Shown in pieces: positions 14,106 through 28,494 of a DNA stretch of 64,000 nt. The notes under the pieces were generated by a model. The model ran no database searches. It saw only the letters and a program-made list of their open reading frames with translations, and had not been told where the DNA came from. Source of the DNA: Eledone cirrhosa (Eukaryota); NCBI GenBank assembly GCA_964016885.1, contig OZ024741.1:22692001-22756000 (forward strand), read 5' to 3'. The position numbers were made by a program, and so were the translations under genes. Position 1 is the first letter of the stretch; every line of letters starts with the position of its first letter.

Positions 14106-14824
14106 TATATATATATATATGAAAAATAGCAGTAACATTGTTCTTAGCTATATAACTGCTATAACATAACATCTTTCGACATTTTTTTAAGAATTTATAA
14201 CTAATTCAAACATATTACAAAAACGTTTACTTCCAATCTTAACATTTTGTTTTCTGAGTTTTTTTTAAGTTGAAATATATTTATATTGAATATATTATAA
14301 TAAGTATATTAATTAATACAAAACCATCAAAAATGTTCTCAATATTTGGAAGCAACCTGTCTAGTAGTTGATCTGGTTTGCACTTAGCTTCTGGATTTTC
14401 TACCCTTGCTCACATTACTAACCAATCAGGCTTATTATTAACTGACCCTCATTTACAAAATTCGCTCTTTTGCTGTGGTTTTTTGATTTTTGGCTCAATG
14501 AAGCTTTTTATCATTTATATTTCATCGTTTCTAATTAAGTTGATGGCAAAGACTAATTAACTATTTGATGGCTATAATTTAATAATGTTTACTTAATAAG
14601 AACTGTTTGTGGATTATTAGTTAATTGCTGATAATTCATTTTCAAAGACTTTCTTTAACATTTTAGATAAAATATTAAATGTTATTTATAACATAACTAT
14701 TTTGAGTTTTTATTAATTTCTTTTTCTGTTTAATTCAACAAATTATTTTACCATTTGAAACTTCAAAAATATTTGTTTTAATTAGTTGGTTCCACAAAAA
14801 CCAATGTATGATAACAATCAAACT

Positions 14825-15042
14825 GTTATTCCTGGGAGGGTCGTGGGGACAGAGTCCTCAAATACTCCTTCCAATGGGTCCTGTCAGAAGCAACTGTCTC
14901 CAACTGATTTGGTTGGAACCCCAAGTGAGACCAGCCAAGCTCATGAATGAAACCATCATGTTGGCAGTCTACCCCCTGGGTCTCCTACCAGTTGGTTTTG
15001 CCCATAAAATCTGTCCAGCGATTATTTCCTGAGACATTCTAA
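14825..15042 (-). mobile_element. Old RTE 3' fragment (family D)
   Basis: Reverse-complement homology to 54690-54905. Confidence 0.7.
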
Positions 15043-15349
15043 CAACAATCAAACTCAATATTTATATTATAACACTATTTCAATGAATGTTTTTCTCTCT
15101 GTCTGTATTTTACCTATAATTACCACAGGTATGTAGGGGATTGTAAATCTTCTAAAACTGTTGGGTTTTCATTCTTTATTAACTTTAGTGTGAATATAAC
15201 TTTGAATACTTTCGTTTCGATAATTCATGGATTCCGAAACTCATCAAACACCCCCACCAACCCCATCATTACAATTGAATGTTACATTTTTGTTGATGGT
15301 TCACCCTATTAAACATGGTAATTCATTTGTGGTCTGTCAGATAAATATA

Positions 15350-15690
15350 GGCACATGGCTTAGTAGTTAGAGCATTGGGTTTGCACTCAGGAGGTTGTGA
15401 GTTCAATTCTCGGACCGAGCTTTGCATTGTGTTCTTCAGCAAGACACTTTATTTCATGTTGCTCCAGTTTACTCAGCTATAGAAATGAGTTGCAACGTCA
15501 CTGGTGCCAAGCTGTATCAGCCATTACCATTGCCATGGCCATTATTGGTGGCGTGGAGAGGGGAGGCTGGTATGTATGGGCAACTACTGGTCTTCCACAA
15601 ACAATCTTGCCCAGACTTGTGCCTCTGAGGGGAACTTTCTATGTGCAAATCCCATGGTCATTCGTGACCGAAGCAGGTCTTTACCCTTTA
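15350..15690 (+). mobile_element. tRNA-derived SINE (family S2)
   Basis: A-box TGGCTTAGTAG, B-box GAGTTCAATTC, central TGTGTTCTT.AGCAAGACACTTTATTTCA..GCTCCAGTTTACTCAGCT; copies ~16741-16950, 30965-31225(-), 36420-36726, 38990-39250(-). Confidence 0.75.
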
Positions 15691-16280
15691 CCAATCACCA
15701 CAGAATTAGCAAATGATTCTGTTATGTGACTCCTGTGTATCAAGTGCTAAATTGGCAGTCGTTAGAATAGTGAATAGAATGCCTTGTGGTATTCATTCCA
15801 ACTCTCGACACTCTCTCAGTTTAACTTTGTTTTTCATCCTTTCAAGTGCAATAAATAACGTACTAATCCAGTACCGGAGTCACCTCTCTCTACTGTCGCA
15901 CCAGTACTAGGGAGGTTGTCGTGTCTAAAGGAGTCCTCTCAAGCTTTTGTTTTGCAAGTTTTCTTGATAAAATAATGATCCTTGGGATCCTTATAATGCG
16001 TCTGTTGCACCTCACCCACCCAGGGCCACATGATACACCCATCTCTCCTCCTCTTCACACCAATACCACACTAACAATTATACACAATCCTTTCTCATTC
16101 CTAGACTGTCAACTCTCTGAAATTCCCTTCCTGCACACATGTGTGTGTGTACTTATACTTAAGTATTATATAGTGTGTGTATACACATGCACACATATGG
16201 TGTACATGTATATTGTGTGAGTGTATATATATATTTATATATATATACAATTATATATTTATATATGCATATACATGTGT

Positions 16281-16317
<37 letters not shown>

Positions 16318-17024
16318 GTATATATATACATGTACATGTGTATTGTATATATATATATATATAGTGTGTACACACAGACAGACAGTTAGAGAGAGGATAC
16401 AAATATCTATATTTAGAATTCTATTTAGCAGTAAAGTCTTAGGAAGTGTTTGTCTCTGTTTCGTGATTCTGGTTCATCTAAAATAACAATCCAAGCCCTT
16501 TCCCTCCTTTTTCTCCCTTATTATCTAATGTATAAAACTTGATTTTTGTTATTAAATCCTTCATAGAGACAAAATTAAATAAGATAGAAGATGTACCACA
16601 ACAAAGTAGTAAAAACTAGTCATTTTTATCAACATTATCATTGTTTTTTAAGGTGTCCACTTCTCTGTGTTGGCATTGGTTGGACTAGAATATTTTAGTC
16701 ACTTTTTCTATAGTCCTCATGCCAATGTATTAATGTGTTCAGCATGGCCGAATGTGCTAAGGTTGTTGGACTTACCATCATAATGTCATGGGTTTCATTC
16801 CTGGGCTGGGTTGTGTGTTGTGTTCTTGAGCAAAACACTTCATTTCACATCACTCCAGTATACTCACTTGAAAATGAGTTCCAGCGAGAACTGGGGGTTT
16901 AACCCTGCAATGTACTGGTGTCCTGTCCAGGAGGAGCCTTCTATTCTCAGTCACTTCATCAGGAAAGCTTTCCTGGTGATTTCTTAGTAGAAGTCATTTA
17001 TATATATATATATATATATATATT

Positions 17025-17354
17025 TGTAGTAAGGTTGCTTGGATGTGTCCATAGGTGGTATGCCTGTTGAGCACTCTATGCTCCTTCAGAGCAGAGTATA
17101 ATATTGAAAACGAAGAAGCAGTGATGCATCAGAACACAATTTATTACGTATTACAAATGTTTCTCCGGTGAACAGCTCGAGGTGCGATCTGTTTGTGGAT
17201 CAAACCTGACTCTGGATTTGCAAGTTCCTCAGATATGTTTAGTGATATCGAAGCAATTTGAAATCACTAGACGTATCTGAGGAACTTGCAAATCCAGAGT
17301 CGGGTTCGATCCACAAACAGGTCGCACCTCGAGCTGTTCACCGGAGAAACATTT
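17025..17354. mobile_element. Fold-back twin-hammerhead element in (TA)n (family P2)
   Basis: Inverted arms 17155-17250 and 17259-17354; minus-strand core CTGAGGA..GAAAC-ATTT-GTA-ATACGT; plus arm ACGTAT-CTGAGGA..GAAACATTT cut off by (TA)n. Confidence 0.7.
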
Positions 17355-19127
17355 ATATATATATATAGAGAGAGAGAGAGATATATATATGTTTTAGATA
17401 TATATATAATTTAATATAGAAATGGCTTCTACAGGACTAGAACTGTTTATATATATAAAATTTAATATAGATTAATATATATTATTGTGGTTCTCTCATA
17501 TTCAGACACTGCTTTTGGTGAGTGCTTCTATCGTTTGTATTTTGTTAGCTGTCATTTTACTTAGCTACTCATTCTCATACACAGTTTCTCAGTGTTTATT
17601 AATACTGTGTAACCTGAAACAATGTCTTCTGCTTTGGCAATTATTCTAAGGCTCTTTATTCCCAAAATGCTCCAAGGTTGTCTTTTGCCTATCATCTTTC
17701 CAGGGTATCTGTTGTTGATTTTAAGGAAACTACAACCCCACCCCTATAATCATTGTAATTGTATATAAAATATAATTTAGAAATAAAATATTTTTATAAA
17801 GGATAAACAGATGAAACAAAGTTCCTGGCAGTTTGATTCTATTTGCACAAGTTAGATTCCTGGAATTATTAATCTAGATGTCCAATTAGAGGATTAAAAT
17901 AAAATTGCCATATGATCTTGTTAAGACAAACTTTAGAATAGTGATGTGTGAGGTAGAAGAAGGGATAAACTCTCTGAGATGAGTTCACAAGCTGGATTTG
18001 ATTTCCATTTCAGTTTCATTCCTTTGGGAAAAGCTTAAAAATTATAGAATCTCTTTCTCTCCTCCTATCAATTTTCAGCTTTGAATCTAAATAAGAAATC
18101 AGTAATTTGAAGACATAATATTATGGCAAACACCTACATCAGAACTATGTAGATCAATAAGCAATTGGTTGTATTGATGATTTATATTATTTAAACAGGG
18201 CGGCAAATTGGCAGAGTTGTTAGAATGTCAGTTTTCGTTCCAGCTCTCTAAGTTTAAATTCCGCCGAGATCACCTTTGCCTTTCATCCTTTCGAGGTGGA
18301 TAAAAATGTACCAGTCTAGTACTGGGGTCAATTCTTCCTCTATATCTATTTCTCACTTCCTTTCTCTCACTTTCTATCCTTCCCATAAATCTGCTATGTT
18401 CAGACCTGGAGAGGTTTGAAAATGCCCTAGAAATGTTGTATATCAATATGGCACCCCTATGACTCCACCAGGAGTTATGGGACCATGCCATGCCATTATT
18501 TAAACCCCTTTGGTATCCAATCCTCTGAAACAGCACCTGTTTCTATGATATGGAACTGTTTATTTTAAGGTGTTTATATTTATCTAAAAACCTTCCTTCA
18601 GTCATAATTTTATGTAAGACTTTTTATCAAATTTTGAACCAAACACCGATTCAATAATGATAAAGTTAGTTATATTACTAAACCCCTCTGAATTTGTTAT
18701 TATTTTCGAAATCATAAACCGTGTCTTTCATTAGAAATATGGTAATGAAAGTGTTAATATTGAAGCATAACTCTACACCAATAACCAATGAAAATATTGT
18801 TTAAAGAAAAATATTGCAAGCCACTGGAAATTAACATATTTATATATTTCTATTTTGAATCCTGAGTAGAGGATGAGTGATTTAAATGTGTAGGCTTGAT
18901 TTTAAGTTGTAATTTAGCAGTCATATGTACTGAACATTTCTACGGGATTATCTCTCTGTTTTCTTATTAGTTCACAGGTAACATACAGTCAGTGAACCAT
19001 ACCTGCTGCAGGAGGGATCTACAATTTCATATTATTTGTATATATGTGTGTTTAAAAAAAATGAATCAGTATATATATATATATATGTGTGTATCTGACT
19101 GATAAAATGACAAGTCAGTCAATCATA

Positions 19128-19350
19128 TCGGTGGCCTCCCCACAGCCCCGGCAGACAGAATGGAGAAGGCGTTTCCCCGGAGGACGGTAAGGGAGACGTG
19201 CTGGAAAAGTCATTCCAGCTCGCGAGGCTCACACCTGCGGCTGGCCAGCTCAGCGCCTATGGTGGTGAGTAGGAAGGTAGCCCTAGGGCCGAGGACACCA
19301 GCAGTCTCCACTGCCAAGGGTACAACCGCAAACCTGTTGGAGAGCGACCG
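19128..19350 (-). mobile_element. CRE-like non-LTR retrotransposon 3' fragment (restriction-like endonuclease C-terminus)
   Basis: Minus frame reads RFAVVPLAVETAGVLGPRATFLLTTIGAELA..RELE*LFQHVSLTVLRGNAFSIL. Confidence 0.7.
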
Positions 19351-20705
19351 GTTATTATTTCAGTTCTATCTTCTCACTATTCAATTTAGTACATGGGCCC
19401 CCAATTTCTCATAACAGTGAGAGACAGGGAGAGATGGAGACTGTGACAGTGGGAGTTTGGTTCTTTTGTGTTTGGACTTTGTATATATTTCACAGACACA
19501 CACTCATGTATGTCACCCTAACCACTAGACCACACCACACCACACACACCTTCAAATGACAATTGGGGCTGAAGTCACTACAACTCTGTATGGAAGTATG
19601 ACACTTTCTAGCATAGAATATTTATATTCTCAGCTCCTAAGTTGTCTGTGTTCTCTTCACTAAGTTGTCCGTGTTCTCTTCATAGACTAGTTTCTACTGT
19701 ATATACCAAGATTTGTCTCAGCAAAGATTATAAATGAAATGTTGAAAATAAACTACAAATTTCTTTTTCAAACATTCATGATAAAAACAGTTAATTTGAG
19801 AGTGAATAATGTTGTTCACCGTTTAGAAGTGAAATGAGAAAGTTGATATCAGGGGCAGCATTTCTAAACAGGTTCTTTAATTCTACTTGTTTCACTTTAA
19901 TAACCAGTTTTCTTGTGGTTAATTATTTACTCTGGGGTCACAAATCATTGTGGGGGGGGGGTCTGTAAATGATAGTGGGGGAGCTGGAATAAATGGGGGG
20001 TCTGTAATTTTTCTAGGTTGTCTCATTGATTTTTTTTAAACCAGAATTAGTTGTTTAGTTTGCATATTGAGACCCCAACCCATTCTATTTATTTTATAAC
20101 ATATGGGATTTTTAGTAATGTACTTTTTTGTCATGTATAATGTTTTTTAATATATAAAGAAAATTGTCGCAGGAAAGCAATTTCGCCGGAGATAGATTGG
20201 GGGAGGGTAATAAAAGATTGAAAAAAATCTGGAAAATGAATAACCGGGGGCGGGGGATATTCAAGACCTGAGAGTACTTGTCATTATACTAAGGATTCAT
20301 CATCTTCACTTATGATACACAAACCACTCTTTCTCTTCCTCTCTTATTTTTTTCTATTTTCTTTTAACATTTCTTTTCTTTCTTCTTTTTTCTAAGATTT
20401 TTTCTTTCTTTCTTCTTTTTTCTTTCTTTTCTTTTTTTTTCTTTTTTTCTTTTTCTTTCTTTTCTTTTTCTTTCTTTTCTTTTTCTTTCTTTTCTTTTAA
20501 GATTTTTTCTTTACTTTTTCTTTTTTCTTTTAAGATTTCTTTTCTTTATTTCTTTCTTTCTCTTTTCTTTTTTTAGTATTTACCATTCCTTAGGTGCTTT
20601 TTCTATTCTGTGGTTTTGCTACAGTTTACCCTACAGCTAAAACTGGTTAAACTTTCAGACATTACATATTGTTCTATTAACATAATCTTTCATACTCACT
20701 TTCAG

Positions 20706-20733
20706 ATATATGGTTGTGTATTGGTCGATGCCG
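20706..20733 (+). CDS. Candidate 28-nt micro-exon of the host gene
   Basis: Pyrimidine tract and TTTCAG acceptor, CCG|GTGAGT donor; a phase 1-to-2 reading (IWLCIGRC-R) fits the phase-2 start of exon 44478. Confidence 0.4.
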
Positions 20734-21280
20734 GTGAGTGGAGCCATCTAAGATAGCTACATGTTCAGCCTTCTCTCATTTCACTGACTACTGAATGGTT
20801 TTTTTTTTTTCTTGTCTCACTTTTTCACTTTATATACATAACTATAGAGATCTGTAACAAAGATAAAAGTGAGAAGGTCAGTTGCTTTGTTCACAGAAGT
20901 TTTTTTTTGGGGGGGGGGGGGGGTAGGAGGTTAGGAGACTCAGCTTTATTTACAGACCAAGAAAAAATAGAATGCCACTTCATAAAGGCTGCTAAAAGAA
21001 ATCTAGTTATGTGTGTGTATGGGCAAACGTTTATATATGTGTGTGTGCATGTGTGTGTGTGTGTGTGTAAATAGTTCATCAATATTTGAAAAGATAGAAA
21101 TACATATTTGTGATTAGAATTCTATATATCAAGTAGTTTTATCTACTATCAGTTAATTTATTTTCAAAACTTATTTCAGTAAATATTTGCAATTTATATT
21201 CATTAAAAGTCTCAATTAGATTGTAACTATTTTTTTAATCGTATTATTTATAATATTTTGAAAATATTATTTATTAAACT

Positions 21281-21480
21281 AAGGGCGGTGGATTGGCAGT
21301 ATCGGTAGAGGGTCGGACACCATGCTTTTTAGCAAAGAGTTACGGCCCTTTATGGTCTGAGTTCAAATCCCGCCGAGGTTAACTTTGCCTTTCATCCTTA
21401 CAGGGTCGATAAAATAAAGTACCAGTACTGTACTGGGATAATTGCTGGCTTGTGCCAAAAGTAGAAACAATTATTTATTA
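21281..21480 (+). mobile_element. SINE family S1
   Basis: TGGCAGTATCGG A-box, GAGTTCAAATCCCGCC B-box, GCCTTTCATCC core; other copies ~18198-18335(+), 46375-46560(-). Confidence 0.8.
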
Positions 21481-21902
21481 AACTACACAAAAGAATCAAG
21501 AAACCTTGATTTGAATAAATCCCTTAAGATTCTTCATTGGTTAATTGAAATAGTGTATTTCATTAGAAATCTGGTCATGAAAGGGTTAATAACTAACCAA
21601 GGCAATGAATATAGTGTTAGGATTGGGAGTTCCTTTACTTTCATCTGTGATACTTAATTTCAAATGGCCCATCCCATCTGTCCATAACCAGGTACCACGG
21701 GATGGCAATGTATGACTAACTAAGTTATTCCCATACTTATGGAAAGGAAATGTTGCCAAGTTAACTTATATTAGTTTACACTATTGTGAAGACAAAGTTT
21801 TTAGATATAACCCAAATAATGACATTATATCATAAAGTATAATTTTACATAGAATATGTAAAGATAAAGACAATGAATTCACAGAGTCAGATAGAATGAT
21901 CA

Positions 21903-22200
21903 ACATCACCATCACCACTTTACTATTTTCCATGCTTACTTGGGTTAGATGGATTGTCATGTTCTGAGACTAGACTGGTCAAATGACTATGTCTTGCTCA
22001 TACTTTCTGGCATGGTTTCTATAACTGGATGACATTCTTAATGCCAACCATTACATGGCATGTACCAGGTTCATTTTCTTGTGGTATCACCACTACCACT
22101 TTACAGAGTGGGTTAGGTGTATTTTATCATGGCACCAACAGGACCACTTTACAAACTGAGCTGAGTACATTTTATTGTGGAACCAACACTACCACAGTTC
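21903..22200 (-). mobile_element. Old RTE-tailed repeat with ~45-nt internal repeats; similar copy ~26960-27170
   Basis: Degenerate CAT tail, TTTCCATGCTT, TTTCTA..GGATG motif shared with the RTE 3' UTR. Confidence 0.5.
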
Positions 22201-24430
22201 AACACTAGAATGCTCACATTCACAACCAGATGGGGGTGGCAGTGGTAGGGAGTAAAGGGTGAGAACAAGGTGTAGGCTACCTGTTGTTTGGGATATCTAG
22301 CAGTATTGTGGGATTCACCTGGATTTCTATGCTAGCATGGTTAAGTGAGGGGGAAGAATTATTCAGTCTGGCTCTTTGAGCTCTGAATTGAAATCCTGTC
22401 AAGATCAACTTTACATTTCATCCTTTCAGGATCAATAAATAATATATCAGCACAAGATGATAGATTAGTGAAACTGTCAGAATGCTGGTCAAGATATCCT
22501 TGTCATATCTGTTCTGACTCTTTACATTCTGAGATGGAATTCCACCCAAGATGCCAATGGCAAGGACTAACTACCTGATCATAGGAATATTCCATTCAGC
22601 AGACAATTGGCCAGCTTGAACTAGTAAGCCAATAACCAGTATAGATAAGCCAGCATCAGATTGCTGAGACATGCAGTAGTGGATTGGAAATGGCCGAATG
22701 GAAAATCTAAAGACAGTTTAGCTTTATTGAGGTATTATCTAAAGACATGAGCTACCGTGAAAGAATTATATAACAGGCCTGAACAAGTGGAAGCTATATA
22801 TATATAAGTAATAATTCTGCACAATTATTTTTAGAGTAAACTGCACTTAGTATACAGCAAAGACCTAGATTAAACATTATTTTATATTAATAGAAGAGAA
22901 AATGAATTGAACAGAAGGTTTTCATCTTGAATAGCTGACTAATAATAGTTTATATCAAAGAATGTCTTAAAATATACTAATGGTGTGCTGTAACATACAA
23001 ACAGTTTGGACTGAATATAACATTTTCTGTAATCTTTCGTAGTTTAGTTTAATCAAAACCTCTCAATCTGAATCCCTTATATTTTAAAGATGTCAAACTG
23101 GGACTATGAGTGAACATAGATTTATTAAATGTGGTGTGTTTAAATCTTGATTTTCAATGTTGTTCACGATGCAGATGTGAAATAGTCAGAATCATTGTGA
23201 ACATCTTTTAATAAGACATCTATTATAGTTACCCATGAAATAATGAAATTTTACTCAACTCAAAATCAGTTGAAAATAACTTCACAAAAATCTAATACTA
23301 TTTCATTTTTAGAACATTATTCTCACTTTTATCCCGAATCAGTTTTTCACAATGTTGATTCATGTGACATTGACTCTGAGTCCTTTATTCCTGGCTAAGT
23401 TCAAATAAGGAAAATAAGGAAAGCAATGTTTAACAAAATAGTTTTCAGAAAATTAGCATTGGTTTAAATGTTAAGGTTTAAAGACATCTTTGAGCAGTTT
23501 TAAATTAGGACCATGTAAAACCAATTTAGTCAAACCACTTCATCATTGTCCCAAGTTGGACTGGTGACATTTCTTAAGAGTTTATCCATTATAGTATGTT
23601 GTTAGCTGTCTGAATAATTTGTTCAACATACTTCTTCATTACTATACCATTTTTTATATATATTTAATTTTAATATCAAATTTTAACATAAATAATCAAA
23701 TTCTATTTACTTAATTCAGAATATTATTAGTTTGCAAGAATATATGTAGGTTTTCCAAAGAAAATAGTTCCATTAGTAAACAACTTTAAGAGGTGCATGG
23801 CTCTTCTGAGATAAAGCCTTGTTTTTGTTTTTATTATTTTTTAATATCTATAATTTTATCATTTGTTCAGAATTGATCAATATTGAGAGATTATTTTATG
23901 AATAATTTGATCTTGCTTGTTAACTTTAACTTAAATATATTGATAAATGCTAAATCGATATATTGACATTTTAATAACCAAACTTATTCTTTGATTGAAG
24001 TATTTTATTGTTATTTATTAATTTAACTTGCATGTGTTGTTGACTAGTTTTTTTTTTTCATTTTAAACCTACATTTAACTATTGTTCTAAAATTGAAGCT
24101 GGGTGTACATTGGAACTTTAGATAACCATCTTAGTTAAAATGTCTGTCCTAGATTTCTAAATACTCTGCTGTCTTGGGTTTTATTTCTATGATAGCACTC
24201 ACAATATCTAGGTTTTGTTATGTAACAAAATATACCCCGTATTTTGGTGCCAAACAGCCTCAAACTGCCCCTCATTGTGTGATACAGAACTGATTGCTTT
24301 AAAATGTTTATATTTATCTAAAAACCTTCAATTATGATTTTATATAAGAATCTTTGTTTAGTTATACACCAGCTTAATAATGGGAACAATAGTACTAAAG
24401 CCTTCCAAGATTTTTAAATGATTTGAAAAT

Positions 24431-24753
24431 CATAGGCAGTGTCTTTTATCAGAAATATGGTAATGGAAGTGTTAAAGACATAGACAGTGTCTTTTATCAG
24501 AAATATGGTAATGAAAGGGTTAATGACATAGACAGTGTCTTTCGTTAGAAATCTGGTAATGAAATGGTTAAACAACATAGACAGTGTCTTTCGTTAGAAA
24601 TATGGTAATGAAATGGTTAAACAACATAGACAGTGTCTTTCGTTAGAAATATGGTAATGAAATGGTTAAACAACATAGACAGTGTCTTTCATTAGAAATA
24701 TGGTAATGGAAGGGTTAAAGACATAGACAGTGTCTTTCATTAGAAATATGGTA
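24431..24753. repeat. Minisatellite, ~7 x 48-49 bp, derived from the M2 MITE end
   Basis: Unit CATAGACAGTGTCTTTC.TTAGAAATATGGTAATGAAA.GGTTAA.(A). Confidence 0.9.
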
Positions 24754-25866
24754 AAGTAGCTTCCTATGTTGTCTTTCAACATAAAGAAATGGTAAATAAT
24801 TCTCTACCAAACAAAATAACTGATGGTTCCCTTGAGGCAGTGTTTGTATTTCTTATTTTTGAATAAATTTAGTTAGCTACAAATTGTTTCTATAATTCTA
24901 TAGTTTCTGTTCCTTCTTCCCTATGTTTACCTCCTTTCTCGCTATTTGGTTGTTACTCTTTCCTTCCTAGTTTTAGTGCATCAGAGCCCTCCTCTTCACC
25001 ATATTTTCATGTGCTCTTTATAATGTTTTAATATAGAACAAAATATTTACTGATGCCAATGTTTTTACTATCTTTAATGGCTCTAGAAAGATCTGCAGCA
25101 CTCTGGAGTTTATCTGTATTGCTAAATCAATTAGAAACTGCCTTAATTTAAATATTTAAATTGTCTCAGCAATTTATCACTGCTATGATAATACTTAATG
25201 ATTTCTAACATAATTATAAAATTGATAATGTATAATATGTGACTTTTGTGCTTTGCTTTAAATCATTAACAATAATATGCTTTACAAATGGAATAACTAT
25301 GCCAAACAGATTTAAATTCTGAGAGCAGTTGAGTACTTGAAAGATATATTTTACCCCAAATTGACAATTCCCCATTAGATTTATGTAGTTCACTATGAAA
25401 CTACCTCTTTAAAAACTTCTTATACTAGAATACATGAATTAGAAGACCTAAGACATTTTGTTTCTTGCACCACAGAGATATTTTTGCTTTAAAAGGTTTA
25501 TAAGCCTCTTATTGGAGTCAGGTTACCTGGTGGGTAGGAGCCCAAAGTCAGGTAGAATACTCTGCAAATTTTCATTGTCAGCTGATATATAAAGCTGTCT
25601 TCACCTACAATTGTTTGATAGGATGCTCACATTACTTTCAATAGAATTACAGGCCACCAATGTGTGAATAGACTCTTACAAATATATATAACTTTTTGGT
25701 CTTTGTTTTCAATAACAAAAGCAAAACTATACATGAATATAAGTATACACAGTAGCCATTGCAAATCCTAACAGCAGCCTTGGACCTTTTCAAAATGTTT
25801 CATTTGACTGCAACAAAATTAGTGAAAGTCATTTCAAGTGCTGTTGATATCTTTAGTTTTTAAAGT

Positions 25867-26081
25867 TTACCCCTTTAGCATTTAAACCGGCCATATCCGG
25901 CCAGAATTTTGTCACTGCTTTTGTTCAAGCAGGCTGTAACTGGCTGCTCATACTGATGTTAAGGTATTGTTCTCAAAATAAATAATATCAAAACCTCATG
26001 GATTCGATATTATGTGAGGTAAAGACTTTACTCTGAAAATATAATAGTAAATATAGAGTAATGTAAATGCTAAAGGGTTAA
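25867..26081. mobile_element. piggyBac-type MITE (family M1)
   Basis: TIR CCCTTTAGCATTTA / TAAATGCTAAAGGG; right flank TTAA, left flank TTAC; another copy 50509-50703. Confidence 0.75.
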
Positions 26082-26360
26082 GATAATGTTAAAAAGACAC
26101 TGAGATAATGCATTGTAAAGATATTGAGATGATTCACTGAAACAGATGTTTCAAATCTAACAGCTTTACTAAACAGATATGTCTTCACCTAAGTTCCAAA
26201 CATAAAATATATGTTTTGACTCCATTTCTTTTAATGTAAACCTAAAGGAATAGATTTAAACAATACAAAAGAAAATAAACTTGCTATTATTGCAGATGCA
26301 GATAAAATTTCCTCTTAAGACAGTGTCTTTCATCAGAGGTAGAGTAATGAAAGCGTTAAA

Positions 26361-26505
26361 GACCACTGGTTTAGTTGACCACTGGTTTAGTTGACCATTG
26401 GTTTGGTTTACCATTGGTTTGGTTGACCGTTGGTTTAGTTGACCATTGGTTTGGTTGACCATTGGTTTGGTTGACCGTTGGTCTAGTTGACCATTGGTTT
26501 AGTCA
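26361..26505. repeat. 16-bp tandem repeat (GACCATTGGTTTRGTT)
   Basis: About 9 copies read directly. Confidence 0.9.
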
Positions 26506-28153
26506 ATCATATTGACCCCAGTACTTTTTTCAAGTCTGATACTTATTATATTCATCTCTTTTTATTTGTTGTTGTTGAACCACTAAGTTATGGGATATAA
26601 ACACACACTAATGCACATATGTAAACACATGCACATACACATAAATACAGACACAGACATACACAAAAACACAAACACACACATGCATATATATATTAAT
26701 GAATATAAAGACAATGTTCTACTTTTTATATTCAAATTTATTGATTAAGCTACTGGTGTGCACATTTCTGAGGTACCTGCCAGTTGTTACATAACTAATA
26801 ATTTGGCAGATACGTCTTCATGTAATATGCCATATTTTGCTATGAATTTTCATATTTGGCACACATGTCACTAAAGTTTCTAATGAAACTTCTTTCTCTG
26901 ATTTGTAAACGATGTATAAAATAACATTCCTAAATATTTAAAGGACTGCTACATGTGCTATCATCATTTTATGTCCACTTTCCTCACTGGTATGGGTTGG
27001 ATAGGTTGTCACAGTTTGAGACTAGATGACTTTCAGTAACCAGTCTCCCTCATTTCATTTCATATTTGGCATGGCTTCTATGGTTGGATGACCATCCTGA
27101 GGCCAACTACCCTACAGTATGAACTGGGTGCATTTTTCATGACACCAGCACTACCACTTTTCAGAGTAAAGCCTGCTCTCTACAGAGTATGGTCTGGTCT
27201 CCTCTCATCCTCATGGCTGAGGGTTAGGGACCATGGACAATTTCACCAATGCTTTTCAATAAGATGATGTATCTCAATGATTCTCATTGGGACAAAGATG
27301 ACATTGGTGTATCCTGAGTTTTCATCTGACCATTACTTGGAAGCTGGTTACTGACTATAACTCATCGGCCATCACCACAAAGATGAAGCTATTGACCACT
27401 TAAAAGCTTCTCACCAAGGTGACAGCAATCCCATCTACTCCAGTTTTGAAATCAGATTGATCCTTTTCTTAGATAGACTGCCAACCTGGGCTAACAAGCT
27501 CTGTCTACCAATTCTTTTTTTATATACTATTGGATGGCCAGTAACTCCTGAGTTCCTCCATCCTTTGATGGATTTTGTTTTTCATCCTGCAGGATGTCCA
27601 TAGATCATCTTCCTCACCAAGCAAGCTTGATGGGGCTACTGAATTAGTCACCAACAACTTGATCAGGTGACACATTACAGCATATACTGTGTGTGTTTAT
27701 CCCTAGATCACCAACACTAGCGAAGCTGTCATGTCTAACACAACTGAAAGGTCCACCCAACCCTTTGTTTAGCAAACTGTCTATGGCCCTTGGTTACAAC
27801 ATTCTATATAAAGATGCTTGAATTCTCGAGTTTCCTCGTGTCACTTTGGCCATCACCATATTTCCATTCATTTAAATTTCCATGTTTTTTGTAACCATTA
27901 TCAAACATATATCCATTGAATTGAATATCTGACTATCTTTGGACTGCTGTTGTGGTTTGTGCTTTGTTGTTGTTGTTTATTCCTGTTGGAAGATAGATAG
28001 CTAGGCAAGTAGGAAGGTAAGTAGGTAGGTAGGTAGGTAGGTAGATAACTATAGATAAGTAGACAGATAGGTTGAAAGATAAATAGGCAGACAGATAAAG
28101 GATCAGTAGAGAAAGATATAGAAAGATATTTTAGTGTAATTTCTTTAGTGCAG

Positions 28154-28190
<37 letters not shown>

Positions 28191-28191
<1 letters not shown>

Positions 28192-28468
28192 GATTAACAT
28201 ATAAATAAACATATGAAACAATCACAGGGGATAATTTTTACAAGTGTGTAAGCACACATAGCTAGGTAGGTAACTAAATAAAGTTAACTAGAACTTCAAA
28301 AATAGATACCTGATAATATGATTAATCTTCCCTGTATATATTCCATTAAAGAAATATATTTCACCAATTAATCGAATGGTAAACCACGGAGGCCGATACT
28401 TGGATTTTCAACAAGGAAGAAGTCCGGCTGTCTGTGATTGTTTCATATCTTTATTTATATGTTAATCA
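28191..28468. repeat. Element with ~37-bp terminal inverted repeats
   Basis: TGATTAACATATAAATAAACATATGAAACAATCACAG versus its near complement at 28432-28468. Confidence 0.6.
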
Positions 28469-28494
28469 ATTTCTAGTTGTTATATATATATATA

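Noticed and set aside
21290-21375. tRNA gene
   Set aside because: A and B boxes belong to a SINE head; no cloverleaf
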